Assembly (NCBI RefSeq): GCF_006345805.1
Contig: NC_043004.1
Coordinates: 83,700,001 to 83,764,000 of the forward strand
From: Octopus sinensis
Lineage: Eukaryota
DNA length: 64,000 nucleotides
Direction of reading: 5' to 3'
Every line of letters starts with the position of its first letter. Within the stretch, counting starts at the first letter, position 1. The notes beneath the pieces are model-generated. The model was not told the DNA's origin and did no database searches. It was given only the letters and a program-made list of their open reading frames with translations. Shown one piece after another: positions 13,086-26,318 of this stretch. The translations under genes and the position numbers were made by a program.

Positions 13086-13310
13086 ATATTATTGGTGAAT
13101 TGAAGAAATGGAGCTGAACGAAGGTTCGTCAGCTCCATTTCTTCAATTCACCAATAATATTAAAATTCAATTATCCGCACCAACGCACGGTTGCAAACAC
13201 CATATGGTTGTCCTCCAACCGTGCTGTCTTCTGCTGTGATTTTTGCTACCAATGTATCGGTTAACTTTTGATTAATCTGCTACAAGATTATTCATCTTTC
13301 TATTTCACAT
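13084..13310. mobile_element. PLE pLTR-like repeat family P/Q, copy 2, with a terminal palindrome
   Basis: 34-bp perfect arms at 13084-13117 and 13129-13162. The remainder is the reverse complement of 11828-11980. Confidence 0.75.
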
Positions 13311-13329
13311 ATATATATAGATATAAATA

Positions 13330-13377
<48 letters not shown>

Positions 13378-13387
13378 CTATATATAT

Positions 13388-13435
<48 letters not shown>

Positions 13436-13438
<3 letters not shown>

Positions 13439-13712
13439 AGAGATAATGGTGTCGTTGAGACCCAAAGTGACTGGTAATGCTGAATAAGAGCTATAGACGG
13501 ACCATAGTTAAGTTCCAGATTCGGTAATATTGCGAATAAAGGGATCAACTTTGGTTCTATGTCAGCATGTGCATATATTAATTTTTTGCGTAATGAGATA
13601 AAAAAGCAACGCTGTATATATATATTAGAGCATTTATAGATAGAAGGTCGTACAGGTGTTTCTAGAATATTAATTAATAATGTCCCTTCATCGGAGACGG
13701 TGTCAGAGGAAA
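13436..13712 (-). mobile_element. Probable PLE pLTR fragment with a degenerate hammerhead
   Basis: Flanked by (AT)n. Minus strand 13698-13647 reads GTCT-CCGATGA-A-GGGAC...TTCTA-GAAA-CACCTG-TA-CGAC, a decayed CUGAUGA/GAAA/CAGCUG/GUA hammerhead. Confidence 0.5.
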
Positions 13713-13759
13713 TATATATATACATATATATGTATATATATATACATATATATATATAA

Positions 13760-13826
<67 letters not shown>

Positions 13827-13857
13827 TATGTATATATATACATACATATATATATAC

Positions 13858-13946
<89 letters not shown>

Positions 13947-13947
<1 letters not shown>

Positions 13948-14142
13948 TCGCCATGATAGATCGCTAGCCACTACACATTCATTATTTTCTCCCCTTGTTT
14001 ATTTCTGTGTTCCTTTGTGTGGAAGATCTTAGGCTCGAAACATTAAGACTTTTTCATTTCTCGGGTTTTATACTAATACATCTGTTTGATGTCTACACCA
14101 CCTGCCTTCATCTTTTGTTTATTTGTTTGTGAATTTTCCTTA
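13947..14142 (+). mobile_element. Solo ~195 bp PLE pLTR (family H1), degenerate hammerhead at 14012-14049
   Basis: Colinear with 42875-43078 and 54355-54567. Motif CCTTT-GTGTGGAA-GATC-TTAG-GCTC-GAAA-CA-TT-AAGAC. (AT)n on both sides. Confidence 0.8.
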
Positions 14143-14165
14143 TATATATATATATTATATATATA

Positions 14166-14210
<45 letters not shown>

Positions 14211-14999
14211 GAAAAGAAACTGAATATGCAGGAACCTTCTAAAGGTTTTAACTTAACCGGTTTCATTTATTTAAACAATTTTCCAAAAGGAGAAATGAGG
14301 CTCTGTGATGTCAAGAAGTAGTTTACACAAATGTTTTCATATCAAGTGATAGTTTCTTTGACAATGATAAGAAAGAGTTTGGGGCCTTGTATATCGTCTG
14401 TCTAGTTTACATAAAGGCATTCAGATCAGATAATAATATTTCTTTTCTTACAATGATAAGAAAATGAAAATTAATTTACATAAATATCTCCAAATCAAGT
14501 AATAGAGTTTTTGACAAGCAGATAAAACGTATCTGGGTTGTCATTCAGTGGTTGCTTAAGCTTTAGTCTCACTGTGATCAGAAACCATACTTGTGTGCAG
14601 CATCTTGAACAGAAAAAACAAAAAACAAGGTAACCTATTGGAAAGGGCTCCCCCACAGATAAATTCGAAATAAATTTTGCATGTTTTAGTCATATGAGAA
14701 AGGTCAACGTTACTGAAGGGTTCGGTTCCTGAATGAATGTATGACGGATGATTTCCCATGCTCCAAAATTGACACGAACCGTTGCAGTACAGTTTATGCA
14801 CCAAAACAACTTGATAAATATTTGGTTGTGTAAAATCGGGAGATATTATTCCGAGAGGAGATACTTTTCTCTTCACAGATTTTCTAGCAATTTGAAAGCA
14901 TAAGATTTTAGACAGTCCAATTCGGAAGTTAGTAGAAATAATTAGAATCCCTAGAATATATGTCGCTTGATGCCACTTAAAAGATCGAAACACTATCTT

Positions 15000-15229
15000 A
15001 TTTCTTTACTGCCCACAAGGATCTAAACACAGAGGAGACAAACAAGGACAGACAAAGGGATTAAGTCAATTACATCGACCCTAGTGCGTAAGTGGTACTT
15101 AATTTATCTACCCCGAAATGATGAAAGGTAAAGTCGACCTCGGCGGAATTTGATCTCAGAACATAGTGGCAGACGAAATACCACTAAGATTTTCGCCCGG
15201 AGTGCTAACGATTCTGCCAGTCCGCCGGC
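15000..15229 (-). mobile_element. tRNA-derived SINE, family A
   Basis: Minus strand has an A-box-like GGCGGACTGGCAGAA and a B-box-like GTTCTGAGATCAAATTCC. The body is shared with many copies in the window. Confidence 0.88.
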
Positions 15230-16376
15230 TCGGAACACTATCTTAGCTTATCCTTGATTAGGTAGCCACACTTGCTGATGTTGATTTCTCTAAGAAATAT
15301 TCATACAGCCATTTAACTATTACTATACTTCTACGTATATAACGGAAAGCTATACTGAAACACTGCTACACTCTGACGACAACGGAAAGCGATAGCGATG
15401 CTACGGAATTATTAATTAGCATCAATACACGTAGCATTAGTAATAAAACTTAAATATTTGCAAATGCTCAACTAGATGTCATTTTCTATTGTCGTCTCCA
15501 GTGACAAACTGCTGTGTACGAAAATAGATAATCTTATCTAATTTCAAATAAACTATTATGACACGTAATACATTGAAAAATCACCCGCCCTAGCTATCAA
15601 CTTTATACTCTTGATAACAACCAGTATCATTACTGCTATTCACCTGTGTCTTACTTTCTCTCCAATTTTTATGTGTCCATTAACTAAAATTTATAGCGAC
15701 ATATCCATTAACTTATTCAAATGAAACAACCATCGCTCTTACCGTGTTTTTTTTTTCTGTTCGCAGTGAGGTGTTCGTACTTATTTATTTATTTTCGCTA
15801 GCTATCTTCCAGAAATGCAATACCATTCTGAAATGACTCTTTCTCTTCTATTTCGTTTTTATTTTTTCTAATGTCAGAACATTTTATCATTTCTGCTCAT
15901 ACGCCAAGTTGAAATTATGTATTAGAACAACCTTAAAGCAAGAAGAAATTCATGAATAATGAAATACAAATCATTAGCGGAATAAAAGTTTCATGGTTAT
16001 GTGTATAGCTATGCATTCATATTAATTTCTGTATGTGCTCATGTGCCCAAAGGCATTTTGTTCTTACACGTATATAACTGACTTCATATGTACTTAATAT
16101 AAGCATATACAGCATCAAAAACAACATCAAAAACATACAAGTTAATTATCTTCTTAGAAAGAAAACAAGCTTCTATTACGATATTATATATGACTGGTAC
16201 GCATTTTTATCGGCTGCGGCAAAAATAAGAACAAAGCCCCCCGTGTTTCTACATATGAAGTGAATGGAAATAAATTAAGTAGCTAAATGCAACTTTCTGA
16301 ACAGATCACAATATCTACAGGTGAACAAGATATATTTGACACGTGACTACAAATGTGACAGGTCAGGGTTATAGGT

Positions 16377-16788
16377 AATACTGGCTTCAAATTTTAGTAT
16401 AAGACCAGCAATTTTGGGAGAGTGTGTTGGTCGATTACATCGACTCCAATATTCAACTGGTAATTACTTTGTGGACTCTGGAAGGAAAAAGCACGCAAAG
16501 TAGACCACGGCGGAATTTGAACTCAGGATGCAAAGGTTGAGGAAATGCCACTAAGCCCTTTGCTCAGCGTGCTTACGATTCTGCCACCTCACTGCTTTGA
16601 TTATGGGTAATATTGTTTTCAGATTTTGATAAAGCCAGTCATTAAGTCCATTACATCGATCCCGGTACTCAACTTGTATTTATTTTATCGACCACGAAAT
16701 GATGAAAGGCAAAGTCGACAACGATGGAATTTGTAGTCAGAAAGTAAAACGGAGAATATTCAGCTAATGTTTATACCGGCTCGCCGAA
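16377..16788 (-). mobile_element. Two head-to-tail SINE family A copies (16377-16597 and 16608-16788)
   Basis: Each has GATTACATCGA..., GCAAAGT(C/A)GAC...GGAATTTG, colinear with 15000-15229. Confidence 0.8.
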
Positions 16789-17507
16789 TTGGTTATGGGT
16801 ATTATTATTGGTAGTATCAACTTTTACTCATTTCTTCATGATGAGAAAAAATACAGAGCTGAAAATAACAATACGAAAAATAAAATTTCTTTAATACGAT
16901 GAAGAAAGATATGACACTATAAAAACAGAAGGCAGACATGAAAATAAGTTAATGGTCTCATTCTAAATATTATATAACGTTTAATAAAATTTGTAGTATA
17001 TTATAATGGCAGAATGAAATACTGCGACGCTACAAGTCATTAATATTTACATACCAGCTTCCAGAAATGTGTTTAATATGTAAAATTGGTAAAGCCAAAA
17101 GCGTTGTTCAAGCGATGTCTTCGTAGATGATTATGGGGTTAAATGGGTGCTAATGAAGGAACAAAATCTCCTGGAGTATGACATACACACCCATTAACCT
17201 TTTTTCATCTTCGATCCCATTGTTTGCGTACATCTGAGGTCTCGGGTACGAAACGTCGTAACAAAAATCATTACTGCCTGTACTTTCTGTAGAATTCCTG
17301 TAGTGATAACCGTAACGTGTAATGTAAAGCGCAGTGCAAACACTGTAGAACGTGGAAAGGTAAAATTTCAAAGAAAGAAAAGAAATCGACAACAGCATTT
17401 GTATTTACATTGCTGAAGTGATTTCATGTCCTCATGTTGTCTGGTAATTGTACTCATTTATTTGAATAGACTACACGCACGCACACACGCACACACGCAC
17501 ACACACG

Positions 17508-17546
<39 letters not shown>

Positions 17547-17569
17547 GCACGCACGCACACGCAGAAGAT

Positions 17570-18320
17570 ATTCAGACAAATGTGAAAGCTTGCAAAATGT
17601 GAAAATTTAAAACAAATTCGCATCGCAACTTTTTATTTAAATAATATATTTTGAACATTATCAGCTAGATTATTGCTGGGGGCTAACGTTTCAATCAAAG
17701 TAACATCCTATAGCTACAGCCACAAGGAATGCTCCAGACCCAAGCGCATATGTTCTTCATTGTGTATCTGGAAAAATGTTTGAACGCCTCCTTGATATTG
17801 GCCACCAGTTCGGTCTTGGTATTGCAGGAAGATTCTTTCCCAAACGCACCTCGCTCATAATATTAATGCAATCATTTAAAATTGGGGGATTTAGGAGCCA
17901 TTAATTGATACTGGTGATGTCGTAGAAATTCAGTGATAACTACTTTTGAATATTTCCGTAGGTGTGATAAGGAGTTGAATCCTGCTATCACTCATATGAA
18001 CTTCTGACATTAACCTACTCCAGCGATGGATTGACGATAGTCACCAGCAATTGAATTAAACCTAAGGCCCTGTTCAATGATCTGGAATGGCACGACGTCG
18101 CTCTCACTGGAGACATACTCTAAGACCACTACAGTTTGGGGGAAGTTAGTATTCATTACATGTGGGAAGTTATATGTAATGTATACAAGCCACATCTCCT
18201 ACTGGATGTTGTGCAACTGGTTGTGGAAGGTCCTTTCTTCGGCGAACAAAATCAACCCCTGTTTAAAAGAATGACTCAGCTCTTCAGGAGCTTCGTAATA
18301 TTTTATGGGCCCCGAAAGAA
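17570..18320 (-). mobile_element. Highly degenerate DD37D/maT-type mariner remnant
   Basis: Minus-strand frames give LILFAEERTF (FFSDEK-like), MNTNFPQTVVVLEYVSSESDVVP (MHTKFP..VMVLGVVS.EGDVMP-like) and QQDSTPYHT. Confidence 0.75.
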
Positions 18321-19824
18321 TAAAATATATTTACATAAGTAAGATTTCGACCAAGAACGTAAAAACCTGAAATAAATACCAAAAATCGTCGGACCTACTG
18401 CCAGCTTAACGCTTTAATAATAGTAGCAACCGTGCCAGTGCTTGAGAAGAAAATACTCATCAATTACAACGTGTTTCCTCAGCGTCTATCTATGCACAAT
18501 TCACAACAATGTTCGTTGTATTGTGACTTGGCTGAATTGTAGCTGAGAGCTATATCTGTACTTTTAATAGAAACAATGGAAAATATTGATCAACAGTGGA
18601 AATACATTGATCACAGAGCGAATTTAAATGCGATCGATTATAAAATATACGAAGTAAAATGAAGACCTCTCACAAGTTGTCACCCAAATTCTCAGAAAAA
18701 TGAAGCATACACTGATTAATGTCGCGTGGGGCACTCACTAAATAGGACAAGACTCATGATAATGATTTTAAACATAGCTTTGGAGGATTATTTTGGTTCT
18801 AAAAAGCATACATACAACCCAAACTGGGCTACTGTATTCGGATTTTGACTTGCTACAAGTAGCGACAAAAATCTTAAATCAAGAAAGCTGATAATTTAAA
18901 ATAAATGAATAAATAAAAGGATGTATGAGAGAAGTGACAGCAAGTGTTGGGAAACATTGTATTCCCGGAATGCTATTTCCCGAAAAATCACAACGACAAA
19001 TAAGAAAAAACAATTTTGTCGAACATACAAACGAATCATGTACTACGGTGTCACCGACATCACTTCATTTATATTGTAATTCTGACAATGTGCAGACGCA
19101 GATGTCACTGATAGCATCGCGTTTCATGCCACAATCAATGACACAGACGGACGTTTAAGTACTTCATCTGACATACGTCAATATTTTTAGCAATATTTAC
19201 TAAGCTAAGGAGACAGAAGAGTAGTGTATGTATATATTCATACATACACTATTCATACACGTACATACACATATACAGGCATCGCTGAAAACTACATTTA
19301 TGTATATATATATATATATATATAAATATATATGAGTGTGAGTCTATATGTACGTGTGTTTATATGGGTGTATATTCATATATATATATTCATACATGTA
19401 TGCATTTGTATGAGTATTATGTATGCAGCATGTACGTGTGTATATATGATGTATTCATCTGTGATATTTGGTTGCATCTAAATACATGGCACAGTATTAA
19501 ATAACGACATTTCAAAATTTCCCTAAGGTACATCCTACATTAAATGTATATAGAATTATTCACTCTACCATACTCAACGTTGTGAACTGAATATCATTTT
19601 TAATTCATTGAAATTGGAAGTAAAGAGAGGAGAAAAGTCAATAAATTTAATTAACATTCACCTCAAAACTGGAAAAATTGAAAAGTTATGAATTTAAGTT
19701 GCCTAAGTTATCTGGAGATATTTAAATGGGAAGGTGAGTATGCTCTATTTTCTGAGCTATTTCTCTATCCTTGAATCTGATTTGACTACAGCCAATGATA
19801 CTCGGCTATTGTAATATGGAGTTC

Positions 19825-20031
19825 AAATTCTGTCCCAAGCAAACGATTTCTAGAAAAGTGTTTAACTCGATTACATTGAACCTACTACTCAATTGGTACT
19901 TATTTTATTGACCCGGAGGATTAGAAAGCAGAGCCGACCCCAGTGAAATTTATCCTGGGGACGTAACGATAGACGAAATACCGCTAAGGATTTTGCTTCA
20001 GCGTGTTAACTATTTAGGCATTTTTCCGGCT
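19825..20031 (-). mobile_element. tRNA-derived SINE, family A (degenerate)
   Basis: GGTACTTATTTTATTGACCC...AGACGAAATACCGCTAAG...GCGTGTTAAC. Confidence 0.75.
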
Positions 20032-20909
20032 TAAATTATCATAATACTATTATAAACAGACTGTAAGAGTACAAAATTTTGCTGGAAAAACATTCCCTTG
20101 ACTACGTAATTAAAACAATAAACTTTGTATATTTCACAAGTTTCACTTTTGTGTGAAAGGAAAATAAATTTAAACTCAGATTACTACTTTTAGTAGAGTG
20201 AAATACATTAGTTTCTGAAATTTCCTAATGGCATATTATGTGAATAATCGCAATAAAGAAGCATGATGTTTCTCCAGGTATCTCTGAAAACGATAACCTC
20301 CCAAAATCTGTGCATTGTTGAAGAAGGCAGGTGTTTTCTGAATTCTTTTGTAATTTATTTTATCAAATCTCTAGATAAATGTATTTAATATTTTACTAGT
20401 ACAGCATATATTCTGAGATATTATTCAGTCCACTAGTTTCACATTATTTATGATTCACCAAGAAGCCCCGAAGAGTGGAATACACGGCCAAAGTAATTAG
20501 TATAACGAAGAGAGACGAGAGACCCCTCATTGCTATGCTTGGATACAATTACAGTCGAGTAAATACTATTTTCATCTCACCGCATTTCGTATGCAGATTT
20601 CGTTTAATTAAGCTCTTCAACAGTGTACACCCATGGAGTAGATTCCAGAACCATTATATTATATTATATGTATGTATATATATATATATATATATATAAT
20701 AAAATATTAGGGAATAAATCCAAACTTACAGGGAAAAATCAGATTTAGTATTGAATCCAATTTTATAGTAAAATATTATATTATATTAAATTAGAGATAA
20801 AACCACTATTAGGCAAATCATACAACGAAAAACTTAAGCCAATACATAAGATTAATTAATTTATATTATTTTAAATATATATCAAAATTATTAAAAAAAG
20901 ATAATTAGT

Positions 20910-20980
20910 AAAACACTGCGATCGTTTCATGGCTGTCCAATTCTTAAAATTTCGAGTTACAGTCATTCTTCAGGTGATTT
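20910..20980 (-). ncRNA. Type-I hammerhead in the PLE pLTR, cleavage triplet mutated (GCA instead of GUA)
   Basis: AAATCAC-CTGAAGA-ATGACTGT..ACAGCCAT-GAAA-CGATCG-CA-GTGTTTT. Confidence 0.75.
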
Positions 20981-21212
20981 AAATATCAGACTCTATATTC
21001 AATAAACCATTAAATATTTATTAAAAACATATTTAGTAATAAAATATTTAGTAATAAAATGAACAACCATCTATAATCTAACTATAATTAAAAACAGAAC
21101 CTAAATAGCTAAAATAAACTAATATAATAAGCACTACAAATCACCTAATATATTTATAATACTATTACATAAAACAACAAATAGGGAGCTAATTAAGGCT
21201 AAGAAATAATCA

Positions 21213-21599
21213 TTATTTATCAAGAAATTTATTATATAAGTAAAGTAACTTGTGTCTGCATTTTATTTTGCGCTCATCACAGGTATTCAGTAAATTATCA
21301 TGCTTATAAAATAAAATTTCCTTAAACTCATTAGAACATAAATAACAAAAATTCGCTCCTATACTATATGATTTAGTTTTACTAATTATTTCCCAAGATA
21401 AGTTATAATTAATATTTTGGGATTTAAGTCTCCAAATGTACTTGCTAAGTCCAGTGGAGTAAATTAAGTTTTTACTTTTAAATGAATTCATATGTTGTGC
21501 GATTCTTAATTTTATTTTAGAGGAAGTGGACCCTATATATATCGCGTTTGAGTTATTATTATTATTCTTATCATGTAATGTAACTATACATTTATACAC
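21213..21599 (-). pseudogene. GIY-YIG endonuclease domain of the PLE
   Basis: Open 128-codon frame with VY..YIG, the conserved R and H, CxxC and the terminal CRH motif. Confidence 0.9.
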
Positions 21600-22255
21600 T
21601 ACATCGTTAATATCACATTTATTATTTAATTAACATTTAGTTTTATCTCTACATGTACAGTTAATTAGTGTCTTGTCTTTATTATTGGTATTATTATATA
21701 ATTTATTTTTATAAAAATTATTCAGTTTAAATTTGTTAAAAGAAGAAATAATGTTACCTACACTATTAGTGGTGGAATAACCTACTCCAAAATTATTACT
21801 AGAGAAAATGTTTTCTATATTTACGATTAACTCGAATAAATAGTTCAATAATATCTAAAATATCTTTAATAATGTTCGTTTTAACTTGAGCACCATAAGG
21901 AACTATTAACCAAATTTTATTCTTATTTTCCTTCTTCTTATTATTAAAACTGTCATTATTATTGTTATTATTATATTTCTTTATCATATTATTAAAATTA
22001 TTATTATTATTATCAGATTTATATTTATAATTAACATTTAAAGAATTATTAAAGTTATTAATTTTATTTTTATTTTTATTCTTATTTTTATTTATATTAT
22101 TTTTATTTTTATAATTTCTAATATTATTACCACTATTACTAACAAAATTATTATAATTATTATTACTATTTTTATCTCTAATATTATTAGTTATATCTTT
22201 ATATTTATATATATAATGCTACTGGAATATACGCCACAGGGGTACAATGTTTACG

Positions 22256-22336
<81 letters not shown>

Positions 22337-22346
22337 AGATAGATAT

Positions 22347-22398
<52 letters not shown>

Positions 22399-24507
22399 TT
22401 AGATAGATATCCATATACATTTAGATATGCGTGCGGAGCATCTATATACGCAGACTTATGTATTAATTTGCAGGTATATAGGTGTGTGTGTGCTACACAA
22501 ACATGCACATGCTTACGTATACACGTACACAGTACTGATTATATACGCTGTAATGATATTTTCAATTGTTGATATCGTATATTTTGAATATTTATATCGA
22601 TTTGAAATCAATAACTGATATTGATACATCGAACAACAGTTGAAACTTTAATTCTTCGAAATACACTGCACAAACAATTTATTTACAAAGAACTTTAATT
22701 TGACACAAATGCACGTCTCATTATATTTTAGATTTGAATAATCATATATCAAATATTAACTTAAACATCGCTGTCTTGGATGGTAAACTCAAACATTGCT
22801 GTGTTGGATGGGAAACTAACGTTTTACAGCACAATCAAACCCGCGAGATGGATGTTTTTTTCGACAGAACTTAGAATGTGACCCCAAAACACAGTTATGT
22901 GCGTTGGCATTTTTCAAGCATTAGATAAGTGTCAACGCTCTATATCTCGGCACTTGAGTCACTGTGTAAACGTACTTATACTTGTTTTAGTTCTATTTTC
23001 GCTAGGCACACCAGAGAAGTAACACTTACATGGCTTTACCATTATCGTTAATTGTGGCACTTGATCCGGTCATTTTGCTCGAGATCCCTGATAAAAAAAA
23101 CCCTTACTGTTCATTATATGAATTTTCAGATTCTTATGTTCAAAAGTGGAAACGAATTTAAGTGTCAGATATTCTTGGAAATGGTATGTTCTAACATCGT
23201 AACGGAACGATGTGAATGTCTACTGATTGATACATACACAGCATGATTTTTTTGTACCCAAAGGAAATTAATATATACATGGGTGAAATAGTTTCTATAG
23301 ATAAAATAGGACATATGACTAATATATATTCCCCAATCTTATCTCAGTTCAAGGTAGACTTGTGTCATTGTAAATGAAGTCCGAAAATGAGATGGATATA
23401 ATGAATGGGATCCCCATAATCGTAAAAGACGCACGTGAAAGACGGGATAATCACGTGTATTACTACCGTTGCTTAAATTTAGAGAGTAAGGACTAATTTC
23501 GTAGAATATTCTGTATACTTGAGAGATATACCAACAGAGGTTTGGATGAATGTAAAAGTTTTACTTTGTAGCTAAGCGCATTTGAACAATGGATTATTAT
23601 ATAACAGGTATCAAAATCCCGATCAGGCACTGAGCAGCCGCATGTATTGGTTACCTTCCTTGACTTACAATATATAAAGGAATTGAGAAAGAAACGAATA
23701 GAATGTTTTGCTTCTTTATGTATAAGGAAAAACTTACGCAATATATATAGAAAGAAGAAAAATATTACCTCTGGTCAGTTGCTGAAATACACCAATCATC
23801 AAAAAAGGCTGTAATTGGATCAATACATATATTTATTTGAGAGCGCTGCCAATGTACATACTAGTATTCTATGCGAAATCTTTTCCTACAGCAATTCAAG
23901 TGATTGTCAAAGGCTGAATGAAACAAGATTCAATATGCAGCTCAGAGATACGCTATTTCTTCCTAATGCTTCTTCTAACACGACCAAATTAGCCTCTTCT
24001 TCTACATTCAAGCCAGAATTGTATCTTCACTACACCACCCATCAAACGGTTGTTTTCTTCTCTTATTGTTAGTATGACTCAATACGATATACTACACAAA
24101 ACGCTTTGCCAAATCATCTAATCTTTCGTCCGCAGAACTACAACCTACCAGAATATTTTCATTCCAGGTGCTGCCTTCATCTATTTATATGTCTGTTTAT
24201 TTATTCATTTATTTATTTTTTTAATAACAGTAATTTGCAGATTATTAACTCGGCATAAAATAAAATCGATTTTACAGATTGCCTTTTCTTTTTATTAAAA
24301 GTATATTTTATACCCCAAAATTCCGTGGGTACGTTGCCTCTTGTCTATTTTCCAATACCTTAAATGTATATAACAAATTCGAATTGATGTTATGATATAA
24401 TATTACGATGCATACATAAATGCACACAAACGTACATTATCATTATTCTTTCATTATTTTATTCTTTTACATGTTCCAGTCTTTTAACGCCCATACATAT
24501 GTGTTTA

Positions 24508-24615
24508 TTTATTACCCACAAGGGGCTAAACATAGAGGGGACAAACAAGGACAGACAAACGAATTAAGTCATTTACATCGACTCCATTGTGTAACTGGTA
24601 CTTAATTTATCGACT
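24508..24615 (-). mobile_element. SINE family A, 3' portion only
   Basis: CCCACAAGGGGCTAAACATAGAGGGGACAAACAAGGACAGACAAAC, as at 15011-15056. Confidence 0.8.
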
Positions 24616-24619
24616 GAGA

Positions 24620-24776
24620 AAACGGCTTAAAGGGTTTTAGTCGAAGAAATTGACTCCGGGACTTATTCTTTGTAAGCCTATTACTTAAACAGCTTTGCTG
24701 CCCCGTTAAGTTACGGGGACACACTAGCATGTTAAGTGATGAGGGGGCAACAAATCCCCACACAAAGGCATACACA

Positions 24777-24853
<77 letters not shown>

Positions 24854-25016
24854 GACGGAATTCTTTCAGTTTCCGTCTACCAAATCCGCTCATAGGTATT
24901 CGGCCAGCCCGAGGCTATAGTATGAGACACTTTCCCAAGGGGCCACGCAGTAAGACTGAAACCGGAATCATCTGGTTGGGAAACACGTCTCTTACCCCAC
25001 ACCCACTCCTACGCCT
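24620..25016 (-). mobile_element. tRNA-derived SINE, family B (internal CA/TA microsatellite)
   Basis: Colinear with 28552-29015 (TACGACGG..TCTTTCAGTTTCCGTCTACCAAA...CCACTCCTACGCCT). Confidence 0.85.
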
Positions 25017-25104
25017 ATATATCTATTTATACATGTATGTAAATGAGTCTGCCCATAGAAATGAATATAGAGTAAACAACATTCATATGTATGGCCGTAT
25101 GGGA

Positions 25105-25136
<32 letters not shown>

Positions 25137-25789
25137 ATGAACAAACGGAATAGAAATTAATAGAACTTAATATATTTTTTAAAAGTCTTCTATACCAGAA
25201 ATGACTTTGCTCTCAACAAAAAAAAAAATAATGTTTATTTGATGAAAATTCTTTCATTTTATTTTATTGGTATATATTAATGAGTGAAATGTTCAAACCG
25301 TTAGATCTCTCGTACCAAACTTAATGGTTATCGTCTTATAATAACTTCGAAGTACATCACAATGAGACTTAATTTACTGCAATATCTCCGCGGTAAATTG
25401 ATAAAATAATACACAAGTGCCTTACATTCATATAATTTCCCAAACTAGAGCGATGCGTCTCGCAGCGGCTGAGATGGATCATGAAGCGGTGACGCTTCGA
25501 CTGGAGATGTAACTCTCTTATGGCAATAAGTTAGGAACCATTCGTTCATATATATTCCACGTGGATATGAAGAATGCGATGATTCACCCATATTGAGTAT
25601 ATGTTCAAATATATGAATGTAACATTATATATCTGTATATATACATACACATGTGTGTGTGTTTCGTGGAGGGGTGTACTTATAAATATGTGTAACTTTG
25701 TGTGGATGTAGGTATATATGTGTTGATGCATGTATATATATATATATCTATAAATTTGTGTGCGTGTGCATTTACGTATGTATGCATAA

Positions 25790-25964
25790 AGAAGAACAAG
25801 AAGAAGAACAACAAGAACAAGAAGAAGAAAAAGAAGAAGAAGAAGAAGAAGAAGAAGAAGAAGAAGAAGAAGAAGAAAAAGAAGAAGAGAAGAAGAAGAA
25901 GAAGAAGAAGAAGAAGAAGAAGAAGAAGAAGAAGAAGAAGAAGAAGAAGAAGAAGAAGAAGAAG

Positions 25965-25995
<31 letters not shown>
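25790..25995. repeat. (GAA)n microsatellite, ~200 bp
   Basis: Direct reading. It explains the poly-E/K/R ORFs. Confidence 0.97.
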
Positions 25996-26318
25996 GGTGA
26001 AAAAGAGGAAGAGTGGGAGAGAAAAATTAGAATACGCTTATGATATGCAGTTAATCTAACTTATATTTGATTGTCATAATATTTTTTAATGCATAAATGA
26101 GATCTGTCTGGGGTAAGATATCAATTTCCTTTTAATCTCATGCGGAAGACCAGAAATGTACGTATTAAATGCATTCTGAATATCATTACTTCTCTCCGAC
26201 TTCCTTGTTATATATACATACATACATACATACAAACATACATACATATATATTTATTTATTTATTAGAAATATATATGCATGTATGTATGTATGTATAT
26301 ATATATATATATATGTGT

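Larger units (their letters stand above)
20700..22050 (-). mobile_element. 5'-truncated, very AT-rich Penelope-like element (probably Naiad-type): thumb/linker, GIY-YIG and pLTR
   Basis: KIWLIVPYGAQVKTNI; VGYSTTNSVGNIISSFN; CTCRDKTKC*LNNKC; VYKCIV..YIGSTSSKIKLRIAQH..LSKYIWRLK..CYLC..LLN..KCRH. One frameshift near 21840 and one TAA at 21630. Confidence 0.9.

Noticed and set aside
14556-14993. 145-aa minus-strand ORF with faint ISL2EU/Harbinger-like words (FISNL, CGGALSNR)
   Set aside because: No convincing catalytic motif spacing and no splice or start support; would need an HMM search.
17150-17398. 82-aa minus-strand ORF in unique sequence
   Set aside because: No recognisable motif or splice signals; ORFs of this length arise by chance.
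25698-26043. Poly-E/K/R ORFs
   Set aside because: (GAA)n microsatellite.
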